A DNA stretch of 64,000 bases from Hyaloraphidium curvatum SAG 235-1. Its lineage: Eukaryota > Fungi > Monoblepharomycota. Position 1 is the stretch's first letter; every line of letters starts with the position of its first letter. Location of the stretch: the NCBI GenBank assembly GCA_025558095.1, contig JAIVFI010000038.1:1-64000 (forward strand), in the 5' to 3' direction. Positions 11,297-22,224 of the stretch are shown piece after piece. Below the pieces are notes generated by a model. It saw only the letters and a list, made by a program, of their open reading frames with translations. It made no database searches and had not been told where the DNA came from. The position numbers and the translations under genes were made by a program.

Positions 11297-14200
11297 ATGC
11301 GTATATCCCGGATCTCCCTCGCGGCGCTCGCGGCGGCCGGTGCCCTGTGCGGCGCGCTGCTCGCGGCGCCGGCGGCGGCGGCGCCGGCCAACTGCTACCC
11401 GACGGTGCCGCGGCGGGCCAAGCGCCAGCTCGGCGGCGTCTCCGTCGGCGCCTTCGAGCCCGAGCCCGCCTACGCCGGCAGGCAGGTCGGCGCGGCGACC
11501 ACCGTGTCGGCCGGCACGCCGGTGGTGACCGCCTGCGCGACGCTGGCGGTTTCGACCAACGGCCGGTGCGGCCGGTATGCCGGCGGGGCGAAATGCCCGG
11601 ACAACTTGTGCTGCTCTCGCTGGGGATACTGTCAAGACGATGGAGGCGATTCCGGTACGCTGAACCGCGAGTTCCGGCCCGGCCCCCCCCCCCGGCCGGC
11701 GTCGGCGGACCCGTGTTTGACCCCCTCTTCTCCTCCCCCCAAACACAGGCGAGGCCTGGTGCGGCGCCGGCTGCCAGGTCGGCTACGGCAAATGCCACAT
11801 CACCTACGAGCTCGAGCAGCGGCTGCCGACCTCCGTGTGCCCCACGGCGACGGAGCCCACCGCCTACACCCTCACCACTGTCTCCAACTCGGTCCCCGTC
11901 TACATGGCCTGCCCCACCCTCGAGGTGACCAACGACGGCCGCTGCGGCATCCAGGCCGGCGGCAAGAAGTGCCCCGAGGGGCTCTGCTGCTCCGAGTGGG
12001 GTTGGTGCCAGGTCGGTGACTTCCCGTCCGCGGGCCGCACGCATGTGACTGACTCTGCTGGTTGCGCAGGACGACGGCGACGACTCGGGCATCCCGTGGT
12101 GCGGCGGCGGCTGCCAGCTCGGCTACGGCAAATGCTTCGTCGGCTGCAAGCCCGTCCAGACCTCGTTCACCTGCCCCACCGGCCCCGTGGCCGCCCCGAC
12201 CCACGAGGCCGAGACCGACCCCAACGAGCCCACGCACACCGTCACCCGCGTCTCGCGCGGCACCCCGGTCTACAACGCATGCACCAACATCCCCATCTCG
12301 GACTCGGGCGTCTGCGGCTCGGTCAACGGCAAGCGCTGCGCACCCGGCCTGTGCTGCTCCCGCTGGGGCTTCTGCCAGGTAACCATGCGCCATCCGCATC
12401 CCCCGTGCGCTTTCGCTGACGTCCGATGCGCAGGACGACGGCGGCAACTCTGGCGAGGAATGGTGCGGCACCGGCTGCCAGCTCGGCTACGGAAAATGCT
12501 TCGTCGGCTCGGACCCCGTCCGCTCGGACTTCACCTGCCCCAGCGAGGCGCCCAAGGTCACCACCACCACCACGCGCACGCGCCGCCCCGGCCTCGGGTA
12601 CACCCGCACCACCATCACCGGCCCCCGCTCGACCGTGTCGGCCGGCACGCCCGTGTACCTCGCCTGCTCCAACTACGAGGTCACGGTCGACGGGTGCTGC
12701 GGCGTCAAGAACGGAAAGCGCTGCCGCCGCGGGTTCTGCTGCTCCGAGGCCGGTTTCTGCCAGGTGCGCATCCCTCGCCCCCGCATCCCCATGCGTGCGT
12801 TTTGTCTGACTATGGACGTCCCCGCAGGACGACGGCGGCAACTCGGGCGAGGACTGGTGCGGCGCCGGCTGCCAGCTCGGCTACGGCAAGTGCTTCGCCT
12901 CTGCGCAGCCCACAGCCACCTACGGCTGCGGCACCTCCCCCGACACCCCGACCCCGACACCCCTGGGCGTCTGCGCCGGCTCGGGCGGCACCGGGTTCGC
13001 CTGGTCCCCCGGCAACCCGTACTCGCCCTCGTCGGCCACCCGCTGGGGCATCATCATGGGCCCCCTCGAGCCGGGCAACTACTCGTCCGTGTTTGCCGTC
13101 GGCGCCTCGGCCTTCTCCAACGGCGACAACGCGACGTGCTCGTCCCCGGGCACCGGCGCCGCCGCGGGGGGCAAGAACTGCGGCGAGCTCATGGCCAGCG
13201 CCTACTTCGAGCTCACCACCGAGGGCATCGAAGTCACCTTTGCGCCCTTCCTCGGCAACTCCATCTCCGACGGCCACGTGCTCTACAGCTGCGACAAGGT
13301 GCGCCGCCCGTTGCCCCCCCGCAGTGCGCAGGCTGACCCCCCTTCCCCATGCAGCCCCCGGGCAACACCGCCCCCGGCCAGTACCCCATCGTCAGCGCCG
13401 GCAGCGGCACCCTCCCGTTCATCGTCTCCTCCACCGGCTCCTTCCCGAGCTGCGCGGGAGGGTATTACGTGCAGATCCACGCGAGCATCAGCGGCAAGGC
13501 GTGCCAGCTGCCGTCCGGGTACGTCGCGCCGACGGAGACGGCGAGCGCGGCGCCGGAGACCACGGATGCGGCGACGGGGACGAGCGCGGCGCCGGAGACT
13601 ACGGATGCGGCGACGGGGACGAGCGCGGCGCCGGAGACCACGGATGCGGCGACGGGGACGAGCGCGGTGCCGGCGACGACGGATGCGCCTGCAACGACGG
13701 ATGCCCCGGCAACGACCGATGCCCCGGCAACCACCGATGCCCCGCCGACCACCACGGATGCCCCGGCGACCACGGATGCCCCCGCCACGACGGATGCCGC
13801 CACCACCGACGCCCCCGCTACCACAAACGCCGCGACGACCGACGCGCCCGCCACCACGCCGGCGCCCGACAACACCGAGTCCGCGACGGGCACCTCCCCC
13901 GCGGCCGGCACCACCTCGGCCGCGCCGACGCAGGCCATGCCCAGCACCACCCCCGCGGCGTGCACCGGCGAGGAGACCAACTTCGGCTGGGCCCCGGGCG
14001 AGTGGTACTCGGGCGCCTCTTCAGGCTCGTGGGCCATCGTCATCTTCGTGCCCGCCGGCACCCCCGAGCGGGAGCTGCTCTACGCCGGCGGTGCCTCCGG
14101 GTTCGGGGACAACTCGTCGTGCTCCGCCCCCGGCGGGAACGTCCTGCCGGGCGAGAACGGCAACTGCGGCACACTCATGGCCACGGGCTCCTTTGTCATC

Positions 14201-14525
14201 TCGGGCACCACGCTGACGGTGAACATCGCGCCCTACCCGGGCGTTTCGGTCGGGGCCGCGCACGCGGACGTGCAGTGCAGCAACGTACGTACGCACCCCT
14301 TGTGCACATTGCAGTCCGCACGCTGACGCACCACATTCTCCGCAGCCCGGCCAGAGGAACAACCCGGGAGGATACAATGCCAACCCCACCGGCGTCAGCT
14401 TCCCGCAGAGCTCTTCATTCAGCTGGTCGCGCACGATCTCGTCGACGTGCGGCGGGAACGGGTACTACCTGCGGCTGCACGGGACCATGTCGGGCAGCGG
14501 GAACGGCTGCAGAAAGGTCGCGTGA
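11297..14525 (+). CDS. Secreted chitin-binding protein: signal peptide, 4x hevein/CBM18, two copies of an uncharacterised Cys-containing beta domain, Thr/Ala-rich linker
   Basis: Signal MRISRISLAALAAAGALCGALLA; four CGxxxGxxCxxxxCCSxxGxC...CGxGCQxGYGKC units. Introns 11655-11748, 12012-12069, 12379-12433, 12764-12827, ~13299-13354, ~14285-14345. Last exon 14346-14525 ends TGA. Confidence 0.88.
13543..13860 (+). repeat. Coding tandem repeats: 3+ copies of 39 bp (SAAPETTDAATGT) followed by degenerate 15-18 bp TTDAPA units
   Basis: GAGCGCGGCGCCGGAGAC recurs at 13543, 13582 and 13621 (partial at 13660); encodes a mucin-like stalk. Confidence 0.9.
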
Positions 14526-14738
14526 ACCGCGTGAGGGGGCAAAGGCGGGGGTGATTGCAACTGTGTACATGCGAAAGCATTCCGTTCTGCAGTATAGACT
14601 TGGAAAACCGTGAACTTGGATGCGCCGAGCGCGGAGTTCGGACTTCTGTCTTTCGCGAACCCCCCCGGCCGCCGGAGACCCCAAATCTCTGCTCTTTCCC
14701 CCCTCCACCGCCGTCTCGGCCCCCCATCCGGTCCCGCC

Positions 14739-14939
14739 ATGCGCACCTCCGAGCTCGCCCTCCGCGCGGCCCACTCGGGGGACGTCTTTGAGCTCCGCGA
14801 GCTGCTCGCGCGCCACCCTGCGGCCGCCGAGGCGAGCGACGCCGAGGGCACGCCGGCGCTTGTCTGGGCGGCCATCACCGACCGCCCCGCCTGCGTGCGC
14901 GCCTTGCTGGTCTCCGCCACAAAGATGGTCACTATCTGA
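14739..14939 (+). pseudogene. Short ankyrin-repeat remnant or mini-gene
   Basis: MRTSELALRAAHSGDVFELRELLARHPAAAEASDAEGTPALVWAAITDRPACVRALL resembles about 2 ankyrin repeats; ends 53 nt before the convergent gene's stop. Confidence 0.45.
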
Positions 14940-14991
14940 ACGATGTATTCGAGCGAGCGGTCGGAACGGAGCCTACCGAACCCGCGTCCCA

Positions 14992-16974
14992 CTAGCCTCG
15001 CAGTTCTGATCCGGCACCGTACCGCCTCGCGGGCAACGACCTGAACCCGCCCTCCATGCCCGGCCGGACTTGCATCCGCACCGGACCCGACCGCCTCCGC
15101 GGGGGTAACGATCCCGAACCGCCCCGTAACGGCGCGTTCCGGGGCTCGTCGCGGAGCTCTTCGAACCCGATGATCGCCGGACCGGCCGGTATCCCGCCCG
15201 AGGCCGAGCGGCGCGGGACGGAGTAGTAGCTCTCGGAATCTGAGTCCGAATCCGACGCGTGCGAACCCAGGGAGAGCGAACCCGATGCGGGCCTGTATGC
15301 GCCGGACGGAAGCATCTCCTGCTCCCGCATGACCCGCTCGGTGTACCGCGCCAGCTCGTCCGTCGTCCACATCGCGTCCGCCTGGGATGCGCGCAATGCG
15401 GATGAGGGGAGGGAGCGAGCGGCGGGATGCATGCTTCGCGCGGCGCGGGAGCGGGTGGGGGAGGAGGGAGAGGAGGTTTGGAGGAGGTTGCGGGGCATTC
15501 TGCTGGCGGGGAGGGACCGCGAGGCGGGGTGCATCGCCTGTGCCGGGGGAGGGTAGGCGGGATCGAGGGAGTACCGCGATGCGAGCGAGTCTGCTGATCC
15601 GGTGCGGGGGAGGAAGATATCCGGTGCCGGAAGGCGGCGCGAGGACGAGAGGGAGAGGGAGGTCTGGGATGAGGTAGATGACGGCGAGCGCGAGACGGTG
15701 AGGTGAGCCTGCGCGGGGACCGCCGGCGAAGGAAGGCGGTCGGGAGGCGGGGAGGGGGGGAGGAAGAAGGAGTCAAAGCTCGGCGTGCGGGCAGAGCGGA
15801 CGGATCCGACTTCCGGATCCCTGGCCTTGGGTGACTCGGCCGGGGCATCCCGCTTGTGTCTCCGCGATCGCACCACGAAGAGGCCGGCGACGAGCATCCC
15901 CAGGGCGACGGCGCCAGCGACGGCAATAAGCGCGATGGCCCAAACCGGCAGCGGCGCCGGCTGCGAACCCCCTTGCGCCTCGGTGGATCCGCCGACAAAG
16001 ACCGTCCCGCATGCCTCGGGGTCGGCGTCGCACGTGGTCCATCCCAGCGTCGAAAGCATAGCGGCCACGGGGGACGGTAGCTGCAACACGGGTCCCTGGT
16101 CAGTGTGGCGGAACACGCTTGAAGGCAGAGGTCCGCGCGGGGCGGTGCTTGCAAACAGGCCGTCCGGGGCGGTGGCGGAATCGGGGAGGTGCGAGAGGGA
16201 CCGGCCGTTCTGGAAGGGTTTGGCCGAGGTGTCGAGGGGAATCAGGATGCCGGAAGAGGCGGAGAAGGCCACGCCGCCGGGAGTCGTGGCAGATTCGTAG
16301 AGCTCGTGCGCGGCGGCGGCTTCGGAGGAGCCCCTGAATCCGTCCGGCCAGTTGTCCGCGGCAAAGTGCACGACCCTCTCCCAGGTCCGCGAAAGCAGGG
16401 TCCCCGTCGCGGTGTCCACGAGCCGCCCGTCAAAGGCGGTCAGGGGCGAGAATCCGGCAAACGAGGAGCCGTTGGCCGGCAGCGGCTCGGTGGTCAGGGT
16501 GCCCGGCAGCGTCGAGCGCAGGGAGGTGGCGGCGCCCAGTGCGTGCATGAGCTCGTGGAACAGCACGGCGTCGAGGTTCGGGGCGCCGTCCGTGCCCTCG
16601 CTGTTTGCCCCGTCCTCGCAGTGGAAACCCCCTGGGGGAACCCGCAGCGTCACGATTGCGTCCCATTTGGCGAGCACCTCGGCCGGGTAGTCCTTCAGCT
16701 GCCTCGCCAGCGCCTGCGGCAGCGGCAGCCCGCCGCCCGGCCCGGGCAGGAACAGCGGCACCGCGCACGCCGCCAGCGCGTCCGCCTCGCCGGGCAGCCC
16801 GCCGCCCCCGCCGGCCGAAACGACGAGACGGACGAGCAGATCGCGGCGAAGGAGCACCGCCGCCCCCAGGGAGCGCGAGGCACGGCCCAGCGCCGCGAGC
16901 ACCCGGCCGCATTCGGCAGCGCCAGCCGCCGCGCTGTCGCAGTCGACGTCCCACAGCAGCCGGCCGCGGGTCAT
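14992..16974 (-). CDS. Single-pass membrane zinc metallopeptidase-like protein (HExxH)
   Basis: VLFHELMHALG, upstream PQALARQL, downstream SLSHL, TM VWAIALIAVAGAVALGMLVAGLFVV, Ser/Pro-rich tail; long open frame with no intron needed. Confidence 0.72.
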   Translation of the reverse strand: MTRGRLLWDVDCDSAAAGAAECGRVLAALGRASRSLGAAVLLRRDLLVRLVVSAGGGGGLPGEADALAACAVPLFLPGPGGGLPLPQALARQLKDYPAEVLAKWDAIVTLRVPPGGFHCEDGANSEGTDGAPNLDAVLFHELMHALGAATSLRSTLPGTLTTEPLPANGSSFAGFSPLTAFDGRLVDTATGTLLSRTWERVVHFAADNWPDGFRGSSEAAAAHELYESATTPGGVAFSASSGILIPLDTSAKPFQNGRSLSHLPDSATAPDGLFASTAPRGPLPSSVFRHTDQGPVLQLPSPVAAMLSTLGWTTCDADPEACGTVFVGGSTEAQGGSQPAPLPVWAIALIAVAGAVALGMLVAGLFVVRSRRHKRDAPAESPKARDPEVGSVRSARTPSFDSFFLPPSPPPDRLPSPAVPAQAHLTVSRSPSSTSSQTSLSLSSSRRLPAPDIFLPRTGSADSLASRYSLDPAYPPPAQAMHPASRSLPASRMPRNLLQTSSPSSPTRSRAARSMHPAARSLPSSALRASQADAMWTTDELARYTERVMREQEMLPSGAYRPASGSLSLGSHASDSDSDSESYYSVPRRSASGGIPAGPAIIGFEELRDEPRNAPLRGGSGSLPPRRRSGPVRMQVRPGMEGGFRSLPARRYGAGSELRG

Positions 16975-17413
16975 GGTTTTGATCGAATGGGAAATACGAT
17001 ATGATGCCCGCCAGAGCAGCAGGGCAACTGGGCGTCGAACATAGTGTGATTCGTGGTGATTCGCGAGATGAGCAATGTGCGCCCCTCGATGACGTTTCGT
17101 TTCCAGGTCCCTAGATTAGAACGCTTCCATCGCGGTGCCGTCCGTGCACGGCATGCATTGAATGTGTTCGGATGATATTGCCTTCGTCTTGTTGTCCCAT
17201 TATCGCACTGGTCGGCCACGTTCTGCGGCGCGGCCGCTGGCGGACGGCGACGCAGTCCAGGCTTGCCTGGCCGACCTATCCCACAGGCTGAAAGCGGCAA
17301 GCAGAAGCCAAGATTGAATCCAAATCTGCCTACATGTCTGTCTCCCTACATCGCCATCTTCACCAGGTTACTTAGCCAACGCCAAACCCAATCAAATAAA
17401 CCCCGTCCCCTGC

Positions 17414-20350
17414 TTAGATCTTGATGGTTGTCGCAGGCTCGGTGGCAGCCTCCGAGACCGTCTCGGCAGCGACCGTCGCACCCTCCCCGGGCACCTCGAG
17501 CGTCGGCTTCCTCTCCGCCGTCCCCGACACGGACTGACGCCCCATCGACCCCGAAACCGACGCCCTCCTGATCTCCTCCGACACCCTCTGCGGGCCCACG
17601 GGGACCACCGCGTCGTGCTCCAGGTACTTCTCCACCGTGTCCCCGTACGCCTGTTCCACGGTTAGCACCGGCGCCACCACCGGCTTCCCGTCGGCGTCGA
17701 CCGCGACGGCCTTGCCGTCGGCGGCCTCGACCGCGGCCTCGGTCCCGGGCGCGGCGCCGGGCTTGTTCTTGCCGAACCGGGCGAGCATCCGCGTCAGGGG
17801 CTCGAACTTGTCCGGCTTGTCGGACATGACGGGGGTGCCGAGGAGCCAAACCAGGGCGCCAATTACGGGGAAGCCGATCAGCAGCCCGGCGTACTGCGGG
17901 TAGGCTAGACGCGGGGTGAGAGGGAGATCAAAAGCCGGGTGCCCCATCTACCCACCGTGGAAACCGACGGGCACCAGCCCGACAAGGATGGCGAGGATCG
18001 CGCAGGTCACGGCGTACGGCAGCTGCGTCGCCACGTGGGCGTGCACGCTGACCTGCGACGCGAGGGCAGACAGGATCGACGTGTCCGAGATGGGGCTGCA
18101 CTGGTCGCCGAAGATGGAGCCGCTGAGGATGGCGGCGGCGGTGTCGACGATGGCGACGTGCTGCCACTCGGCCGGGGCAAGGGACCAGGCGAGAGGGATG
18201 GCGAGGGGGAAGACAATCGACTAGAAATGGGGAGGTATCAGATACGGCGCGAATCGAGGTCCAAGGAATGACGCACCATCGTGCCCCACGACGTGCCGGT
18301 GCAGAACGAGATCAGGCAGCACAGCACGAAGATGAGCGCCGGCAGCCCGCGGTAGTCCAACCCCCCGCCTGAAGCCGCCGACACGATCCACGTCGCGGTG
18401 CCGAGGTCGTCGATGGCGCCCGAGATGGACCAGGCGAGGATCAGGACAAGGAGGGCCTCGATGATGCCGCGGATGCCCTGCAGCCAGGTGTTGATCGCCT
18501 CGCGGAAGGTCATGAGTTTGAGGATGCGGTACTGGATCGTGGCCACGAGCGCGCCGAGGAAGCAGCCGTAGTTGAGCGCGGCGTACGAGTCGCCGTTGCC
18601 GGTCATGTTGGACGCGGTGATAGGGAGGCCCTGATCCAGGGAGCTGTAGTAGCCCGTGAGGAAGAGGGTGATGATGATGGTCGCGATGGTCACAAAGAAG
18701 GGGATGACGGCGTTGATCCAGTGCGGGGGCTTGCCGCCGTGCTTCTCGGGTTCGTACTCTAGTGGCGCGGGGGGCGTCAGGGCCGGATCAGACGCCCTCC
18801 CAACGGGGACCCACCCTCAAAGTGCGCGGCACCGGCGGCGACCATCTGCGACGGGGGCTGGAGCTGGTGGAGGTTCATGGCGCGCCTCTCGGCCGCGAGC
18901 ATCGGCCCGTAGTCCCTCTTCCAGAGCAGCGCGACGGGGATGAAGAAGAGCATGAACCAGCTGGACAGCGCGGCGGGACATAGGCAATCAGCCCAAGCCG
19001 TGCGTGTGTGTATCAGTCACAACTCACGGGAAGAACCGGCCGGGGATGGTGGCCAGCAGGGTGTTGAACGGGTCGGATGTGTCGCCGACGGCCGCCATAG
19101 ATTCAGCCAGAAGCGAGAGCTCAAAGCCGACCCACGAGGTCAGGGGGACGATGGAGGCGGGCCCGGCCGAGGTGGTGTGAGTGATGAATGCGAGCTTCTC
19201 GCGCGAGACAAAGTGCGAGTCCGTGATGGGTCGGGATTGGGAACCAACGATGAGGCAGCTGGCGTAGTCTGCGGACGGCGGAGATCAGCGGCCGGGTATG
19301 AGTGGCGCTGGTCTTTCACCGCACCGTCGAAGAAGATCACCCAGCCGAGGGCATAGGCGAGCCACTGCGCCGACCAGCGGGACTTGGCGCCCTTCGTGAT
19401 GGCCTGCGCGAGCCCGGCAGCGCCGCCCGACTTTTGGACCAGCGCGATCAGAGAGGCGATCCTGTCGGGAGACGATGGTGAGATGCAATGAGTGATCCCT
19501 TCGGCCGGTTGTCCACACCAGAAGGTGAAGAGGATGATGGACGCCCTGCTCTTGTTGGCGATGGCGTTGACCATGTAGGTGTCGAGCATGCGCTCGAAGC
19601 CGATGATGGGGTTGTAGTCTGGAATCATGTGTTACTTGGCTCGCGGTCTAACAGTCGCGATCAACTCACTGTTGACTGTGGGGCCGCAAGGATCCCGGAA
19701 GAGGGAATCACGAGTCAGATCACGACAATGCGGCGCAAGAAAGGACACCCGCTGAACATCGCGCAGAGGAACACGCCGAACAGCAGGCTGATCATGACCT
19801 CCTTTGTCCAGAAGGCCAGGATGAGCACAATGATGATGGGGATGATGGTGACCCCGCCGGGCATGACCTGGGCGATGTAGAGGGCGGTGGAGTCGCCGAC
19901 GATGACGTTGATGTTGTTCCATCTGCCGGGCGGAGGGACGGGGTGATCAGTTGCGAGTCCGGGTCCAGGGGCCGAGCCCGCCACCCACCCGTTGCCGTAG
20001 AGCACAACGTCGAAGGAGAAATCGGGCGCCAGGGCGCCGTCCGAGTTCGTGCGCTCAAAGGTGCCGTTGGAGATGGGCGTGCCATCGGTGAACGCGACCG
20101 AGTATGGAACCGGACCCGTGGCGGCGGCCGACTCGGGCGTCCACTCGAGCACGGCGGTGACGGAGCACGGTGCGCCGTTGAGGCAGACCTTGGGGCCCTT
20201 TGTCTCGACGATGGCCGGCAGCGCGCCGAGCTGGCGGACGACGACGGCGGCGGCGCGGCGGGCGGGCTTCGCGGCGGCGGCGGGGGAGGCGAGCAGCGCG
20301 GCGAGGAGCAGCGCGCCCAGGAGGAGGCGCATCGTGCGGGAGCGCGCCAT
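17414..20350 (-). CDS. NhaC-family (Na+/H+ antiporter / ion transporter superfamily) membrane protein with signal peptide and N-terminal extracellular domain
   Basis: IFFDDYA, ISFCTGTSWGTM, GSIFGDQCSPISDTSILSALA, HVATQLPYA motifs; many hydrophobic helices; about 10 introns including a GC donor at 19752 and a 6-nt exon 19670-19675. Confidence 0.87.
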
Positions 20351-20914
20351 CGCGTGCAGGCGGACGGCAGGACCGGGAGAGCAGGCCTGAATCGCCGCAG
20401 GGATCGGGAACAGTGCGCAACACCAACCGTCAGCCAGCTGCGCTTTCCGATCCGATCCAGCACCCGTACCCCTCGCAACGGCAATCGAGGCTCGAACGTG
20501 GCGCTGGCGTAGCTACGGATGCTCGCGGAGCGGGGGGAGGATGGGAAATGTGGCCCCCGTTTTATGGAAACAACCTCGAGCTAGGAAATCAATGGTGTCG
20601 GCTCGTCCTGCCGCCGTTGGGCGCCCTTGCGCAGCGACCGGGAACCGACTCTACGTCGCTCACGGTCGGCCAAAGGCGGACGATGACACGAGGAAAAGGC
20701 ATGCGGAATGGATCCGCAGCCCCGGGTGCGTGCCGATCTGGCGTCTGGATTTGTCGGGAAGTCCCAGGCTCCATGTGACGGAAGGCGGCACAATGCTGTG
20801 CCGAGATAAGCGACGTCCCCGCCGCTACAAAGGCACAAAGCCACTACGAAAGAACTCTTCCTCCATTCAGAATGCGCACTAGATTGCCGAAAACATGCAC
20901 GATCTCCCTCTCAC

Positions 20915-21917
20915 TTAAACCTCCACGACCTCCACCTCGCCTTTCTTCTTGATTTCCGCCAGCAGATACTCCCATTTTGCCCTGCGCTCCTCGCGCTTCT
21001 TCTCCCTCTCGGCCCTCTTCTTCTCCTTCTCCGCCCTGTCTGCGGCCTTCAGCTTGTCCCTCGCGGCGCGCTCCTCCATGCACCCCTCGAACTTCTCCTT
21101 CAGGATCTCGAGCTTCTTCTTCAGGCTGCGGTTCCACCCCACAGCGTAGAAGTACGCCGTCCGCTGACCGTCGAATTTGAACTGCTCGATCGTCACCTGC
21201 GTGCGCGTGACCTTTTCGCCCGACTCCTCCGCGGCGCGCTCAAAGTCCCTGACGCTGGCGATGACGAACTCGTCGTAGTCGTTCTTGGCCGCCTGAATTC
21301 CTTTGTTGACGAAGTCGGACTGCACTGGGGTGAGCTCCATGTTGACGTTGAGCGTGCCTCCGAGGTAGATGCCGTCGTCGCCATCGTTGTCGTCCCCATC
21401 CTCGTCATCCCCATCCTGGCCCTGATCGACCGCATCCTCGATCCCGTCGTCATCTTCCGCATCGTCGTCCGCATCGTTGTCCCTCTTTACCCGCCGCTTG
21501 GGCGGGCACCCGTCGTCCCTGAGGCAGAACTGAGTAAAGTCCCCCCAGATCACCGCGATCCGCCCCTTGCCCCCCTCGGGCGTCCACAGGCGGCACCTCT
21601 TGCTCCTGATCTCCTTCTTGAGCGCGTCAACTGCGCCCTGTATGATGCGGTTTTCGGCGCGGACCTGGCGGGTGCCGCGCCGGACCGCTTCCCGCGCGCG
21701 GCGGTAGGCCGCCGCCCACCGGAAGTTGCTCCACCCTTCGGGCCGGGACTCGCCGATGGCACCCCATGAACGGAACAGCGCGGAGGACGGCGCGGGGGAG
21801 GAGAGGAGGAGGGCAAGGACGAGGAGGGCGAGGGACGCGGCGGTGCGGCCTGCGGCGGGGGGCAATCAGGCGCCGCGCCGGCCTGCGGACAAATGGCGGG
21901 GGCCTACCGAGCTCCAT
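20915..21917 (-). CDS. Secreted hypothetical protein with Asp-rich tract and Lys/Glu coiled-coil tail
   Basis: ATG 21917 plus intron 21850-21907 (GTAGGC..CGCAG) gives MELGRTAASLALLVLALLLSSPAPSSA (signal peptide) in frame with ORF 20915-21865. Confidence 0.72.
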
Positions 21918-22224
21918 CTGGCGTGGCCGCGTGGCCTGTCGGGGGAAAGCAGCGGTACGGGGAAGGAGGGGAGGGTAACAGGCTGCCAGATTTTTCAGGC
22001 CTCCGGACCCGGTTTTGCCCCACGCGACAACCCCCCGCACCCCTGACCTCCGCAAGCCGGTCTACCCACTACTGCGGACGTACATGCAGGCCTGAGCGCG
22101 CCCTCGAGGATCGAGGATCTCGAGTCGCGCATCCGGCTTGACACAGCAGTTCATCTGTGAGATGGTATCTATAATCGGTTTACATTGCTCGACGAGGGCT
22201 GGCCGAGCACTTCCGCGCTCCATC

